From: Geopsychrobacteraceae bacterium
GTDB lineage: Bacteria > Desulfobacterota > Desulfuromonadia > Desulfuromonadales > Geopsychrobacteraceae
Direction: 5' to 3'
Assembly (NCBI GenBank): GCA_963662315.1
Contig: OY759353.1
Span: 1,600,001 to 1,664,000, forward strand
DNA length: 64,000 nt
The notes below the pieces were generated by a model, which worked only from the letters and a program-made list of their open reading frames with translations, did not search any database and was not told the origin of the DNA. The number at the start of each line of letters is the position of its first letter. Positions within the stretch are counted from its first letter, which is position 1. Of this stretch, positions 19,614-28,917 are shown one piece after another. Made by a program: the position numbers and the translations under genes.

Positions 19614-20837
19614 ATGATTAATCGATGCCTGATTCTACTGTTAAGCATAGCGGTCCTGGCGTCTTGCGCGCCGCAACCAACACCATTGGGAAACCCGACA
19701 CACCCGTACCCCCCGGCAGCAGAACCACAGGTAGGTGATATTATTCATCTCCCCACCGGAATCCTCGTTAGCTATCAGACATTGCTTGACAACGTCACCA
19801 GCTACCGGGTGGTTTTTGTTGGGGAAACCCATGATAATCCGGCCTCTCACCGCCTGCAGCAAGATATTCTTCAGGCCTTGCAGCAAAGGAGTCCAGGCCA
19901 GATTACCGTCGCTATGGAGATGTTCACCCCCTCCCAGCAGCCCATTCTAGACCTCTGGAGCACGGGACAACTTACAGAAAAAGAATTTCTCAAGCAAGTC
20001 GACTGGAACAATACCTGGCGCATCAACTTTGCCTTTTATCGTCCGATACTCACCTATTGTCGTGATCAACAGATTAAAATTCTTGCCCTTAACGCTGAAA
20101 ACGACCTTAAACAAAAGGTCAGCCGCATCCCCTTTGCCCTGTTGTCCACGGAAGACCAGAGGAAACTTCCAGCCCTCGATGAGCATGATCCCTACCAGCG
20201 TGCCATGGCAGAAGCGGTGTTTTCTGACCATAAAATGGGCCCAGACATGCGGGAAGGCTTTTTACGGGTGCAAACCCTCTGGGATGAGAGCATGGCTGAA
20301 AACCTTGCCAACTATCTAAAAAAGGAACCTCAAAGCCGTCAGGTCATGGTCATGGCCGGTGGCAATCACATCCGCTACGGTTACGGCATTCCGCGCCGTA
20401 TGTTCAGACGCCTGCCGATTTCCTATGTCCTGGTTGGCTCAGAAGAGATCGACATCCCTGAACATAAACGTGCCCAATTGATGAACATCAATGAGCCTTC
20501 ATACCTCATGATTCCGTATGAGTATGTTCTTTATACACGCTATGAAGATCTTGTTACCCCTGGTGTAAAAATGGGTATCACCTTAGAGACGACCAGTAAA
20601 GGTGTCATGGTTAAAAAGGTCATGCCCGATTCTGCCGCAGAACAGGCAGGACTAAAAGAGGAGGACATCCTGGTTCAACTTGACGGGGAAACGCTGAATG
20701 ACGTTTTTGACTTAACTTATGCACTGCAACAGAAGGAAATTGGCGATTCCTCGCTTATTGTCCTGAAGCGTGGGGTCGATGTATTAAAAGTAACAATAGT
20801 GTTCTGTGCTCAGACACAACAGGCAAAGCAGCAGTAG
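19614..20837 (+). CDS. ChaN/PhuW family lipoprotein with C-terminal PDZ domain
   Basis: Lipobox LASC, VGETHD, AMEMF, WDESMA, AGGNH; PDZ SAAEQAGLKEEDIL. Confidence 0.85.
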   Translation: MINRCLILLLSIAVLASCAPQPTPLGNPTHPYPPAAEPQVGDIIHLPTGILVSYQTLLDNVTSYRVVFVGETHDNPASHRLQQDILQALQQRSPGQITVAMEMFTPSQQPILDLWSTGQLTEKEFLKQVDWNNTWRINFAFYRPILTYCRDQQIKILALNAENDLKQKVSRIPFALLSTEDQRKLPALDEHDPYQRAMAEAVFSDHKMGPDMREGFLRVQTLWDESMAENLANYLKKEPQSRQVMVMAGGNHIRYGYGIPRRMFRRLPISYVLVGSEEIDIPEHKRAQLMNINEPSYLMIPYEYVLYTRYEDLVTPGVKMGITLETTSKGVMVKKVMPDSAAEQAGLKEEDILVQLDGETLNDVFDLTYALQQKEIGDSSLIVLKRGVDVLKVTIVFCAQTQQAKQQ

Positions 20838-20860
20838 GCAAAAGAGTCCCAAGCACCGCT

Positions 20861-21730
20861 CTAACGTTGGGGCTTTATTCTAAGCGACTCAAAAACAGAG
20901 ACAGAAAGAACCAGCATCCCCCCAACAACAACTGCAAGACCAGGAACTTCGCTGACAACCCACCAAGCCAGCAGAGCAGCAACAACAGGTTGCGAGCAGG
21001 TGATCAGAGAAACCGATTTGACCGGTAACTGTTTCAGACAGTAAACCAATAACGTGTGAGCAGCAGCAGTACTGAAGATACCAAGCAGGACAATTTTGCC
21101 GAAATTGAAGACGGACAATTGGCTTATCTGATGGAAATCAATAAAAAAGACAAACATCAGAGCCACGGAAATCATCTGATGAAACATCAGGCAATCACTA
21201 CTTAAATGATTAAAATGATATTTCTGGAATAAATTCCGCAGGGCAAACATCAAGGCCGACAACACTCCCCAGAAAACGCCCAGACCAACTCCGGCGTGCA
21301 GGTCATTGTGCCCCGCCAGAGTCATAATGGCCAGCCCGCATAAGGCGACGCCTCCAGCAACCATATCACTGCCTTTCAAGCGCTGCTTGCTGAATAATGG
21401 CTCAAGGATTATGCTCATGACCGGATAGCTGAACATAGACAGCATACCAACAGCGACGGACGACACCTGCATGGCATGAAAAAAGGTCGCCCAATGCCCT
21501 CCAAGCAATAACCCAAGGGCATACACCCCAACACGACTACGCTTGTTAGGTAAGCGCAGACTCCGCTGGCGCAGCAGGCTGAACACCCCCACCCCGAACA
21601 TGGCCACGACACCACGCAGCTGAATAATAGCAACAGCGTTTAAAGGAATCGTTTTGGCATAAAGACCGGTCAGAGCCAGTAATAAAATAACAATATAAAG
21701 ATAAAATACAGCAAAGCGATTACGGCTCAT
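20861..21730 (-). CDS. EamA/DMT family transporter
   Basis: About 10 TM helices with a duplicated EamA pattern. Confidence 0.88.
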   Translation of the reverse strand: MSRNRFAVFYLYIVILLLALTGLYAKTIPLNAVAIIQLRGVVAMFGVGVFSLLRQRSLRLPNKRSRVGVYALGLLLGGHWATFFHAMQVSSVAVGMLSMFSYPVMSIILEPLFSKQRLKGSDMVAGGVALCGLAIMTLAGHNDLHAGVGLGVFWGVLSALMFALRNLFQKYHFNHLSSDCLMFHQMISVALMFVFFIDFHQISQLSVFNFGKIVLLGIFSTAAAHTLLVYCLKQLPVKSVSLITCSQPVVAALLAWWVVSEVPGLAVVVGGMLVLSVSVFESLRIKPQR

Positions 21731-21759
21731 AGCGGAGGTCTTTCCAGGTCGGGATTCAC

Positions 21760-21804
21760 TTCTGAGATAAAGAGGCTCAGAACACCAGCCTCTTTATCTC
21801 AGAA
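21760..21804. repeat. Perfect 18-bp inverted repeat
   Basis: TTCTGAGATAAAGAGGCT-9 nt-AGCCTCTTTATCTCAGAA. Confidence 0.85.
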
Positions 21805-21889
21805 AAATTATATTACCGGTTACAGGTTTCAGCTTTCCGAGCCAACATCTCGAAACTCTTGGCAGATCTTGCCGAGAGTTTCGACAAAT

Positions 21890-21920
21890 AAAAAAGCCGT
21901 CGCTATGATGCGACGGCTTT
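21890..21920 (-). terminator. Intrinsic terminator after fba
   Basis: Minus strand AAAGCCGTCGC-atcata-GCGACGGC followed by TTTTTT. Confidence 0.85.
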
Positions 21921-21943
21921 CAATAGCTCTATTGCTTTGGAAA

Positions 21944-22924
21944 TCAAGCCTTTCCGGCACTACCCAACACTGCTTCATTCTTATGTTTAATCAGAGAGAT
22001 CAGCTCTTTTCGAGCGGCTCCCAGGTATTTGCGGGGATCAAATTCGGCCGGATCGTTAGCCAGGTACTCTCTGATCTTGGCGGTGACGGCGAGGCGACCA
22101 TCGGAGTCGATATTGATTTTGCACACAGCACTGGCAGCAGCTTTACGCAACTGATCTTCCGGAACACCGACAGCACCATCCATTTTGCCGCCATACTGGT
22201 TAATCAATGCGACATAGTCCTGCACAACACTTGAAGCGCCATGCAAAACGATGGGGAACCCAGGAATCCGCTTTTCACACTCAGCGAGGATATCAAAGCG
22301 CAACGGCGGAACCTCTTCCCCCTCTTTCAGTTTAAATTTGTAGGCGCCATGACTGGTCCCAATAGAAATGGCCAGGGAATCGACACCGGTCTTTTTAACA
22401 AAATCTTCAACTTCGTCCGGTTGGGTATAGGATGAATACTCAGCAACAACCTCATCTTCAATACCGGCCAGAACACCAAGCTCCCCTTCAACCGTCACAT
22501 CAAACTGATGGGCATATTCTACAACTTTGCGGGTCAGAGCGACATTTTCGTCATAGGGCAGATGGGAGCCATCAATCATGACGGAAGAAAAACCGGAATC
22601 GATGCAGCTTTTACAGGTTTCAAAAGAATCCCCGTGATCAAGATGCAGCACAATGGGAATATCAGAGCCCATCTCCCTTGCCATCTGCACGGCCCCCATG
22701 GCCATGAAGCGCAGCATCGTTTCGTTTGCGTAATTACGCGCCCCTTTGCTGACCTGCAGAATAACCGGTGACTTGGTTTCCGCACAGGCGGTAATAATTG
22801 CCTGTAACTGTTCAAGATTATTAAAGTTATATGCCGGGATCGCATACCCGCCATCAACTGCTTTGCGGAAGATTTCACGCGAATTGACCAAGCCTATATC
22901 CTTATAACTAATTGTCTCACTCAT
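21944..22924 (-). CDS. fba: Class II fructose-bisphosphate aldolase
   Basis: LHLDHG, SVMIDGS, VEGELG, GTSHGAYK, VLHGAS, KINIDSD, FDPRKY. Confidence 0.96.
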   Translation of the reverse strand: MSETISYKDIGLVNSREIFRKAVDGGYAIPAYNFNNLEQLQAIITACAETKSPVILQVSKGARNYANETMLRFMAMGAVQMAREMGSDIPIVLHLDHGDSFETCKSCIDSGFSSVMIDGSHLPYDENVALTRKVVEYAHQFDVTVEGELGVLAGIEDEVVAEYSSYTQPDEVEDFVKKTGVDSLAISIGTSHGAYKFKLKEGEEVPPLRFDILAECEKRIPGFPIVLHGASSVVQDYVALINQYGGKMDGAVGVPEDQLRKAAASAVCKINIDSDGRLAVTAKIREYLANDPAEFDPRKYLGAARKELISLIKHKNEAVLGSAGKA

Positions 22925-23186
22925 TAAAAAATCCTCCCCGATTTTTTTGAAAAAGGCCATCTAAAAAAACACGTACCATACAAACACTCTTTATTAGTTT
23001 TATCAATCGGTATTGCGATTGTCCAGCGGCGCCTTTCGTTGACAAGAAAATTTTACCATTTAAAGGAGGTTGCAATCCTTCAAAACTCATTTTAGTATAC
23101 GCTCGTTTCATATATGGGGAAAGAAGCTCCCCCAAATTCATTTCACTTTTTTTATTTTATATCATTGAGAAAGGATCGGGCTGGAA

Positions 23187-24629
23187 ATGGTAGATGCAAA
23201 AACGGACAGATATTTTAAAGAATGGAAAGAACGTGAAGCGATCGCAGAAGCAATGACGCCTTTGATCGGTAAGCTTTACCGTGACCATGAGGTTATTTGC
23301 ACCGTTTTCGATCGCAGTCTGGTCAACCAGTCAATCGTAGATATCCTGCGGGTACACCGCTTTGCCCGTCAGATCATCGATCGCGAAATCTGGGTTACAG
23401 ACACCTATCCGATTTTGCAGGCTATGAGTGAGATGGACCTAGCGCCGGGCCGCATCGATCTGGCCAAACTGTTGCTGCGCTACCAGGAAAGTGGTCGCAA
23501 CGATATCAAAACCTTTGTCAAAGAGCAGCTTAACGACCTGAACACCGGTAGAAGCAGCCAGCTGAGCGAGCCACGCGATGTTGTCCTGTACGGATTCGGC
23601 CGCATTGGCCGGTTGCTGGCACGGATTCTCATTGAGCAGGCCGGCGGCGGCAATAAATTGCGCCTGCGAGCCGCAGTGGTACGCAAAGGCAGTGATGACG
23701 ATCTGGCCAAACGGGCCAGCCTGCTACGTCGTGATTCGGTACATGGTCACTTTGCCGGGACCATCCGTATCGATGAAGAAGAAAACGCCATCATCGCCAA
23801 CGGCAACATGATTCGTATCATTTATGCCAGTAGCCCCGATGAGGTTGACTATACCCAGTACGGCATCGAAAATGCCATCTTGGTTGATAATACCGGCAAG
23901 TGGCGTGACCGGGATGGACTGGGGCTGCACCTGAAAGCCAAAGGCATAAGCCAGGTTCTGCTGACCGCTCCCGGCAAAGGGGATATTCCGAATATTGTCT
24001 ACGGTGTCAATAACGATCAGCTCAACCCTGATGAGAAGATCCTGTCTGCCGCCAGCTGTACAACGAATGCGATTGTTCCAGTCCTTAAAGCCGTCAATGA
24101 TCAGTTCGGTATTGAATACGGCCACGTGGAAACCTGCCACAGCTACACCAACGATCAGAACCTTATCGACAACTATCATAAAAAAGAGCGCCGGGGCCGC
24201 AGCGCTGCGCTCAATATGGTTATTACCGAAACCGGCGCCGCCAAGGCGGTCGCCAAAGCGCTTCCGGAGCTGGCCGGCAAACTGACCGGCAACGCGATCC
24301 GTGTTCCGACCCCCAATGTTTCCCTGGCCATACTGAACCTGACGATGAAAAAAACAACCAGCGTTGAGGAGATGAATACCTATCTGCGCAACATCTCCCT
24401 GGACTCTCCGCTACAGGATCAGATCGACTATACCAACTCACCAGAGGCTGTCTCGACGGACATGGTCGGCTCAGTCCATGCGGGCATTGTCGACTCGTTG
24501 GCAACCATAGTAGAAGGCAACCGCTGCGTCCTTTACGTTTGGTACGACAATGAATATGGTTACAGCCACCAGGTGGTAAGGATCATCAGGCAGGCATCAG
24601 GGCTGGGGTTGGAAAACTGGCCAAAATAA
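23187..24629 (+). CDS. gap: Glyceraldehyde-3-phosphate dehydrogenase, long form with N-terminal extension
   Basis: YGFGRIGR, ASCTTNA, TGAAKAV, RVPTPNVS, WYDNE. Confidence 0.95.
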   Translation: MVDAKTDRYFKEWKEREAIAEAMTPLIGKLYRDHEVICTVFDRSLVNQSIVDILRVHRFARQIIDREIWVTDTYPILQAMSEMDLAPGRIDLAKLLLRYQESGRNDIKTFVKEQLNDLNTGRSSQLSEPRDVVLYGFGRIGRLLARILIEQAGGGNKLRLRAAVVRKGSDDDLAKRASLLRRDSVHGHFAGTIRIDEEENAIIANGNMIRIIYASSPDEVDYTQYGIENAILVDNTGKWRDRDGLGLHLKAKGISQVLLTAPGKGDIPNIVYGVNNDQLNPDEKILSAASCTTNAIVPVLKAVNDQFGIEYGHVETCHSYTNDQNLIDNYHKKERRGRSAALNMVITETGAAKAVAKALPELAGKLTGNAIRVPTPNVSLAILNLTMKKTTSVEEMNTYLRNISLDSPLQDQIDYTNSPEAVSTDMVGSVHAGIVDSLATIVEGNRCVLYVWYDNEYGYSHQVVRIIRQASGLGLENWPK

Positions 24630-24661
24630 AGATTAGCCCGTAAATCACGCTCCCCCACTGC

Positions 24662-24690
24662 AAAGCCCTTCAGATCCCTGAAGGGCTTTA
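24662..24690 (+). terminator. Intrinsic terminator after gap
   Basis: AAAGCCCTTCAG-atcc-CTGAAGGGCTTT. Confidence 0.75.
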
Positions 24691-24861
24691 AGCTAATTAA
24701 CACAAAAAATCACTTCTCCCAGTCGTACCCTCACCAAACCAGAGGAATTAAAAAAAACAATAACCTCCCATTTTGCCGAAGATCCGTTATACTGCCAAGC
24801 AGCGAATGGACGGAACAGCACCAGAACTATGGCGAAACACACAGGATGCGGAGACACCAAG

Positions 24862-25632
24862 ATGGAAGATACTCTCAGGATAGAGATTTTAACTGAAAAC
24901 ACGACCGGACATAATCATGCTCGTACCTGCCAGTCGGAATGGGGCTTAAGCCTTTTTATCCACTGGCGACAGCAACATGTTCTGCTGGATGCGGGTCCTA
25001 CAGGACTGTATCTTGAAAACGCTCGCCATATGCAGGTTGACTTGAGCCAGACAACAGCGGTCAGTCTTTCTCATCACCACTGGGATCATGCTGACGGTCT
25101 GGAGTTTTTCACTCCCCCGCACGGAACAAAACTGTACGTTCACCCGGACCTTATGGAAAAAATCCCCAAACCTCTAAAAAAGGTACTTGAAGAGCATTAT
25201 CAACTTCAACTGTCAGAGTCCCCAGTGGAAATTGGCGATGGATTGTTTTTCCTTGGGGAAATTCCACGCCGTACAGCGTTTGAAAAGGGCTCTCATAAGG
25301 ATGACCCGATGACAGAAGATTCAGCCCTGGCTCTAAAAACAAGCAAAGGCTGTATTGTCATATCGGGCTGCTCTCACTCAGGAATCGCCAATATTTGCCT
25401 GCAAGCCGAACAAGTTACCGCCCAGCCCTTACGGGGAGTCATTGGCGGAATGCACCTCTTCGATGATGACAGAGCAACGGTAGAGGAAACCATCAGGTGG
25501 TTTGAAAATAAAAACATCGAGTTTTTCTACCCCATGCACTGTATCGATTTTCCCACTCTTAAGCGAATGAGTGACAAGTTGCCGGTAACGGTATTCAATA
25601 CGGGCGACACCATTACCCTTGAAAATGAATAA
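24862..25632 (+). CDS. MBL-fold metallo-hydrolase (COG1237-like)
   Basis: EWGLS, LDAG, SHHHWDHADG, GCSHSG, GGMHL, PMHC. Confidence 0.88.
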   Translation: MEDTLRIEILTENTTGHNHARTCQSEWGLSLFIHWRQQHVLLDAGPTGLYLENARHMQVDLSQTTAVSLSHHHWDHADGLEFFTPPHGTKLYVHPDLMEKIPKPLKKVLEEHYQLQLSESPVEIGDGLFFLGEIPRRTAFEKGSHKDDPMTEDSALALKTSKGCIVISGCSHSGIANICLQAEQVTAQPLRGVIGGMHLFDDDRATVEETIRWFENKNIEFFYPMHCIDFPTLKRMSDKLPVTVFNTGDTITLENE

Positions 25633-25675
25633 AGGCCAGCCGCAGATTGCTCTGAGACTGGCCCATGGAATAGAT

Positions 25676-25709
25676 AAAAAAAGACCGATCAAAAATGATC
25701 GGTCTTTTT
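25676..25709. terminator. Bidirectional terminator between the MBL gene and rpsU
   Basis: AAAAAAAGACCGATC-aaaaat-GATCGGTCTTTTT. Confidence 0.85.
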
Positions 25710-25716
25710 CATTAAC

Positions 25717-25914
25717 TTAGCTGAAGCGCTTCATAGCACGCATCTTCTTACGCAGACGGCGCTGAGCTTCCTTCTCTTTGCGCTTACGCTTAATGCTCGG
25801 CTTTTCGTAAAATTTGCGCTGCTTCATTTCACGGAAAAGACCTTCTTGCTGCAGCTTGCGCTTGAGGACTTTAATCGCCTTCTCGACGTTACCATCAATA
25901 ACAGTGATTTCCAC
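25717..25914 (-). CDS. rpsU: 30S ribosomal protein S21
   Basis: EKAIKVLKRK, FYEKPS, RKRK; GTG or TTG start. Confidence 0.95.
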   Translation of the reverse strand: MEITVIDGNVEKAIKVLKRKLQQEGLFREMKQRKFYEKPSIKRKRKEKEAQRRLRKKMRAMKRFS

Positions 25915-26022
25915 GAACAATCACCCCGCTTTCCTTTATATCTTTACAGTAAGACTGCAAGAGCCCGAACTTATACCTGTCATAGCAGCTAAAGTCAAGG
26001 ACTTTCCCAAAACGGAAACAGC

Positions 26023-27132
26023 TTATCCGCGTTTCAGAAACAGCCCCACTTTGATCCCCCCGTTACTCAGACGCAGCAGTTGATGCAATTTCAGTCCGGA
26101 TGCTTTTAACAGTAAGTTGTCTGGACACAAAATCGCACCGTCCCATCCGCTAAACACCTCACTGTAGATACGCCCAAGGTCGTGATACAGTGCATTCAAA
26201 ACGGCATTACGTCCAAGCCTCTCACCATAGGGAGGATTACAGATCAGCAATCCGCCATCAGTATTCGGCGTCAGCTCCTGCATGGCACAGCAGCGCAGGT
26301 CGATCAGCTCATCGACCTCCCCTGCTTTCATATTGGCTGCGGCAGCAGCGACCGCTTTAGGATTGCTGTCAACCGCAGTTATTGGCGCATCCAGCTCCTG
26401 CTTTTGCTGGCGCCTGGCCTCTACACATAACTGTTGCCAAAGCCCGGCCCGATATTTAGGCCATGCCATAAAAGCGAAATCACGCGTTAACCCCGGTGCC
26501 CGCTTAAGAGCAATCATGGCTGCTTCCAGAGCAAATGTACCGGATCCCGTCATTACATCAACCAGGGCCTGCGAACCGTCATAACCGCAGGACAGTAAGC
26601 ACCCTGCGGCCAGAGTCTCGCGTAGAGGCGCGGCCCCATGCGCCTGGCGATACCCACGCCGATGAAGATGCTCTCCCGAACTGTCAATTGACACTTGGCA
26701 ACGATCTTCCGTAAAACGTAGATAGATGGTTACAGTTTCGGGGACACCGCCCCCATCCTGACCAAGCACACGCCTAATGGCATCAAGACAGGTCTGGGCT
26801 ATCCGACCACTGTGGTTCAGCCGCGAACCATGACAGGTTACCTTGATATTGCAATCCTGCCCCGGCCTGACAAAGCGTCCCCAAGGCTGCTTGCTCAGTT
26901 TCTGGTAAAGAGCCGGGAAGTCCCGCGCAGTAAACTCCCCCAAGCGGACCAGTACACGCGACGCAGTACGCGACCACAGGTTGATCAGATATAATTCACG
27001 CAAACCACCACGGAATTGAAGACCACCTGCCACCGATATTTCAGCAGAAATACCGAGCTGCTGAATTTCTGCAGCGCATAATTCTTCTAGCCCTGGAGCA
27101 GTAATGACAAAATAATCATCCAGTCGTGCCAT
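26023..27132 (-). CDS. THUMP-domain RNA methyltransferase (RlmL-like)
   Basis: GLEEL, SRTASRVL, DSSGEHLHRRGYR, APLRETLAA, NPPYGERLG. Confidence 0.9.
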   Translation of the reverse strand: MARLDDYFVITAPGLEELCAAEIQQLGISAEISVAGGLQFRGGLRELYLINLWSRTASRVLVRLGEFTARDFPALYQKLSKQPWGRFVRPGQDCNIKVTCHGSRLNHSGRIAQTCLDAIRRVLGQDGGGVPETVTIYLRFTEDRCQVSIDSSGEHLHRRGYRQAHGAAPLRETLAAGCLLSCGYDGSQALVDVMTGSGTFALEAAMIALKRAPGLTRDFAFMAWPKYRAGLWQQLCVEARRQQKQELDAPITAVDSNPKAVAAAAANMKAGEVDELIDLRCCAMQELTPNTDGGLLICNPPYGERLGRNAVLNALYHDLGRIYSEVFSGWDGAILCPDNLLLKASGLKLHQLLRLSNGGIKVGLFLKRG

Positions 27133-27292
27133 AAAACCTTCAAACGAAATCCTGTTAACCAGGCAACTTATGATTCAGATTAAAAGAAACAATTTTTAGG
27201 TCAAAATTAATTTGTTCTTATCACCAAAAGTAAATATACTAACCACAAAATGAAAAGATGCCCACACAATTTATTCCAACGGATTTGTCCTG

Positions 27293-28000
27293 ATGAAATT
27301 CCAGCGCTACTTTAAATCGGGTCAGCAACTGCTGCTTAAAGCGACCCCCAAAAAAGACTCTGGTCGCACGGAGCTTTTTTCTGTTGTTGTCTCAACTCTC
27401 AGCAATGACAGGCTCATTGTGTCTCTCCCTTACGGACCGGACGCTGTTGTCCAATACCCGTTTGAAGATATTGCAGATTTTGAAATCACCACCGAAGCTT
27501 TCGGCCTTGGTATTAAAGCCTTCGGAACCTTTGAGAAACGTCTTGGCGGTGACCGTTTCGCACTAAAGTTGAGCCCTGATCTGGAAATGTTTCAGCGCCG
27601 TATCAGCCAACGTTACGACTGTGAACTGGGGATCCGCTTCAGTCGTGCCGCAAAAACATTAAAAACCATGCGGGAAATCTGGGAAAAAAACCTGGAAGTC
27701 ATCAATAAACCTGACGCCCCATTGCTGTTTGAAGGATTTCAGCAAGTGCCGGTCAATATCAGTGCGGGTGGTATTCGCCTGACGATCAAGCCACCGGCGA
27801 GCCAGGGGGAGCTATGTCTTATTCTGATCAACCTTAATGATGGCAAGCCGCCCGTCTGCACAATTGCCGAGGTCATCTGGACCTGTTCTCCCGATGAAAA
27901 CATCATGACTGCCGGCATGCGCTTTATCAATATTTTGGCCAATGATCAGCAACGCATTGACAGCTTCATTGACAGACAGAAAAAACAATCCGAAGAATAA
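27293..28000 (+). CDS. PilZ-domain c-di-GMP receptor (YcgR-like, two domains)
   Basis: RxxxR (QRRISQR) and NxSxxG (NISAGG) motifs, AEVIW, GMRF. Confidence 0.85.
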   Translation: MKFQRYFKSGQQLLLKATPKKDSGRTELFSVVVSTLSNDRLIVSLPYGPDAVVQYPFEDIADFEITTEAFGLGIKAFGTFEKRLGGDRFALKLSPDLEMFQRRISQRYDCELGIRFSRAAKTLKTMREIWEKNLEVINKPDAPLLFEGFQQVPVNISAGGIRLTIKPPASQGELCLILINLNDGKPPVCTIAEVIWTCSPDENIMTAGMRFINILANDQQRIDSFIDRQKKQSEE

Positions 28001-28102
28001 AGCTGATCGATTCTTCTTGCTTGTCAGAGTCTTTGTTCTAAGTTATAAGCATTTTATAGTCTTTATACGATACCAGAACCAAGGACAGCAGGACACTAAT
28101 TC

Positions 28103-28873
28103 ATGCCCCCAGTGACAGAAGCAGAAGTATTTCGCGCGTGTCGTACCTTATTCGGGCCGGAACTTACTCTCAGCCGCGATTTTCTTACCTATTTGCAGCC
28201 ATCTGGTGTCCGCTCGGCCTATCGTAAACAAGCCAAAATTATTCACCCTGACCGCTTTGCTGTATCGGCCTCCCACATTCAGGCGCAACATCACCGCTTG
28301 TTTCAGGATTTGAACCAGGCTCACCAGACAGTTCTTGACTACCTGAAACACCGTTGCCTGAAATCGACCGCAACAGGCACCAGAAGCTATTCGCCGCCGC
28401 GCTCGACGCCTCCACGCAAACGTCAAGATCCGCCACAATGGCGAACGTCAAACCCCGGACTACCCAAGCGACCGTTGCAGTTTGGATTATTTCTCTATTA
28501 CCTGAAAATCATTCCATTTAACGAAATGGTTGCAGCAGTGATCTGGCAACGCCAACAACGCCCTAAAATCGGAGAAATTGCCCGTAACTGGGGCTGGCTT
28601 ACGGATCACAACATCAGTGCTATTCTTCACAGTCGGCTTGGCCTGACACGTTTTGGCGAAAAAGCCGAACGCCTCGGCCTGCTATCCCCGCAACAAATAC
28701 GCACAGTGCTCTATTTTCAGCGCAGCAAACAACCTCCCATGGGACGTTACTTTGTTGAACACGGCTATTTCAATGAAGCAACCCTTCAGGACTTGCTGCA
28801 GCAGTTAGCTGAGCACAACTGCACTTACGACCGTAGTTTTTCTGGACAATTCTATTACTACCACCACAAATAA
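28103..28873 (+). CDS. J-domain protein with C-terminal MshEN-like repeats
   Basis: VRSAYRKQAKIIHPDR...FQDLNQAH J domain, then repeated G-x6-G-(L/W/Y)-L units. Confidence 0.82.
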   Translation: MPPVTEAEVFRACRTLFGPELTLSRDFLTYLQPSGVRSAYRKQAKIIHPDRFAVSASHIQAQHHRLFQDLNQAHQTVLDYLKHRCLKSTATGTRSYSPPRSTPPRKRQDPPQWRTSNPGLPKRPLQFGLFLYYLKIIPFNEMVAAVIWQRQQRPKIGEIARNWGWLTDHNISAILHSRLGLTRFGEKAERLGLLSPQQIRTVLYFQRSKQPPMGRYFVEHGYFNEATLQDLLQQLAEHNCTYDRSFSGQFYYYHHK

Positions 28874-28917
28874 ATCGTATAGTCAGCGAACACGACTTTA
28901 CGTTACAAGGAGTTTTC

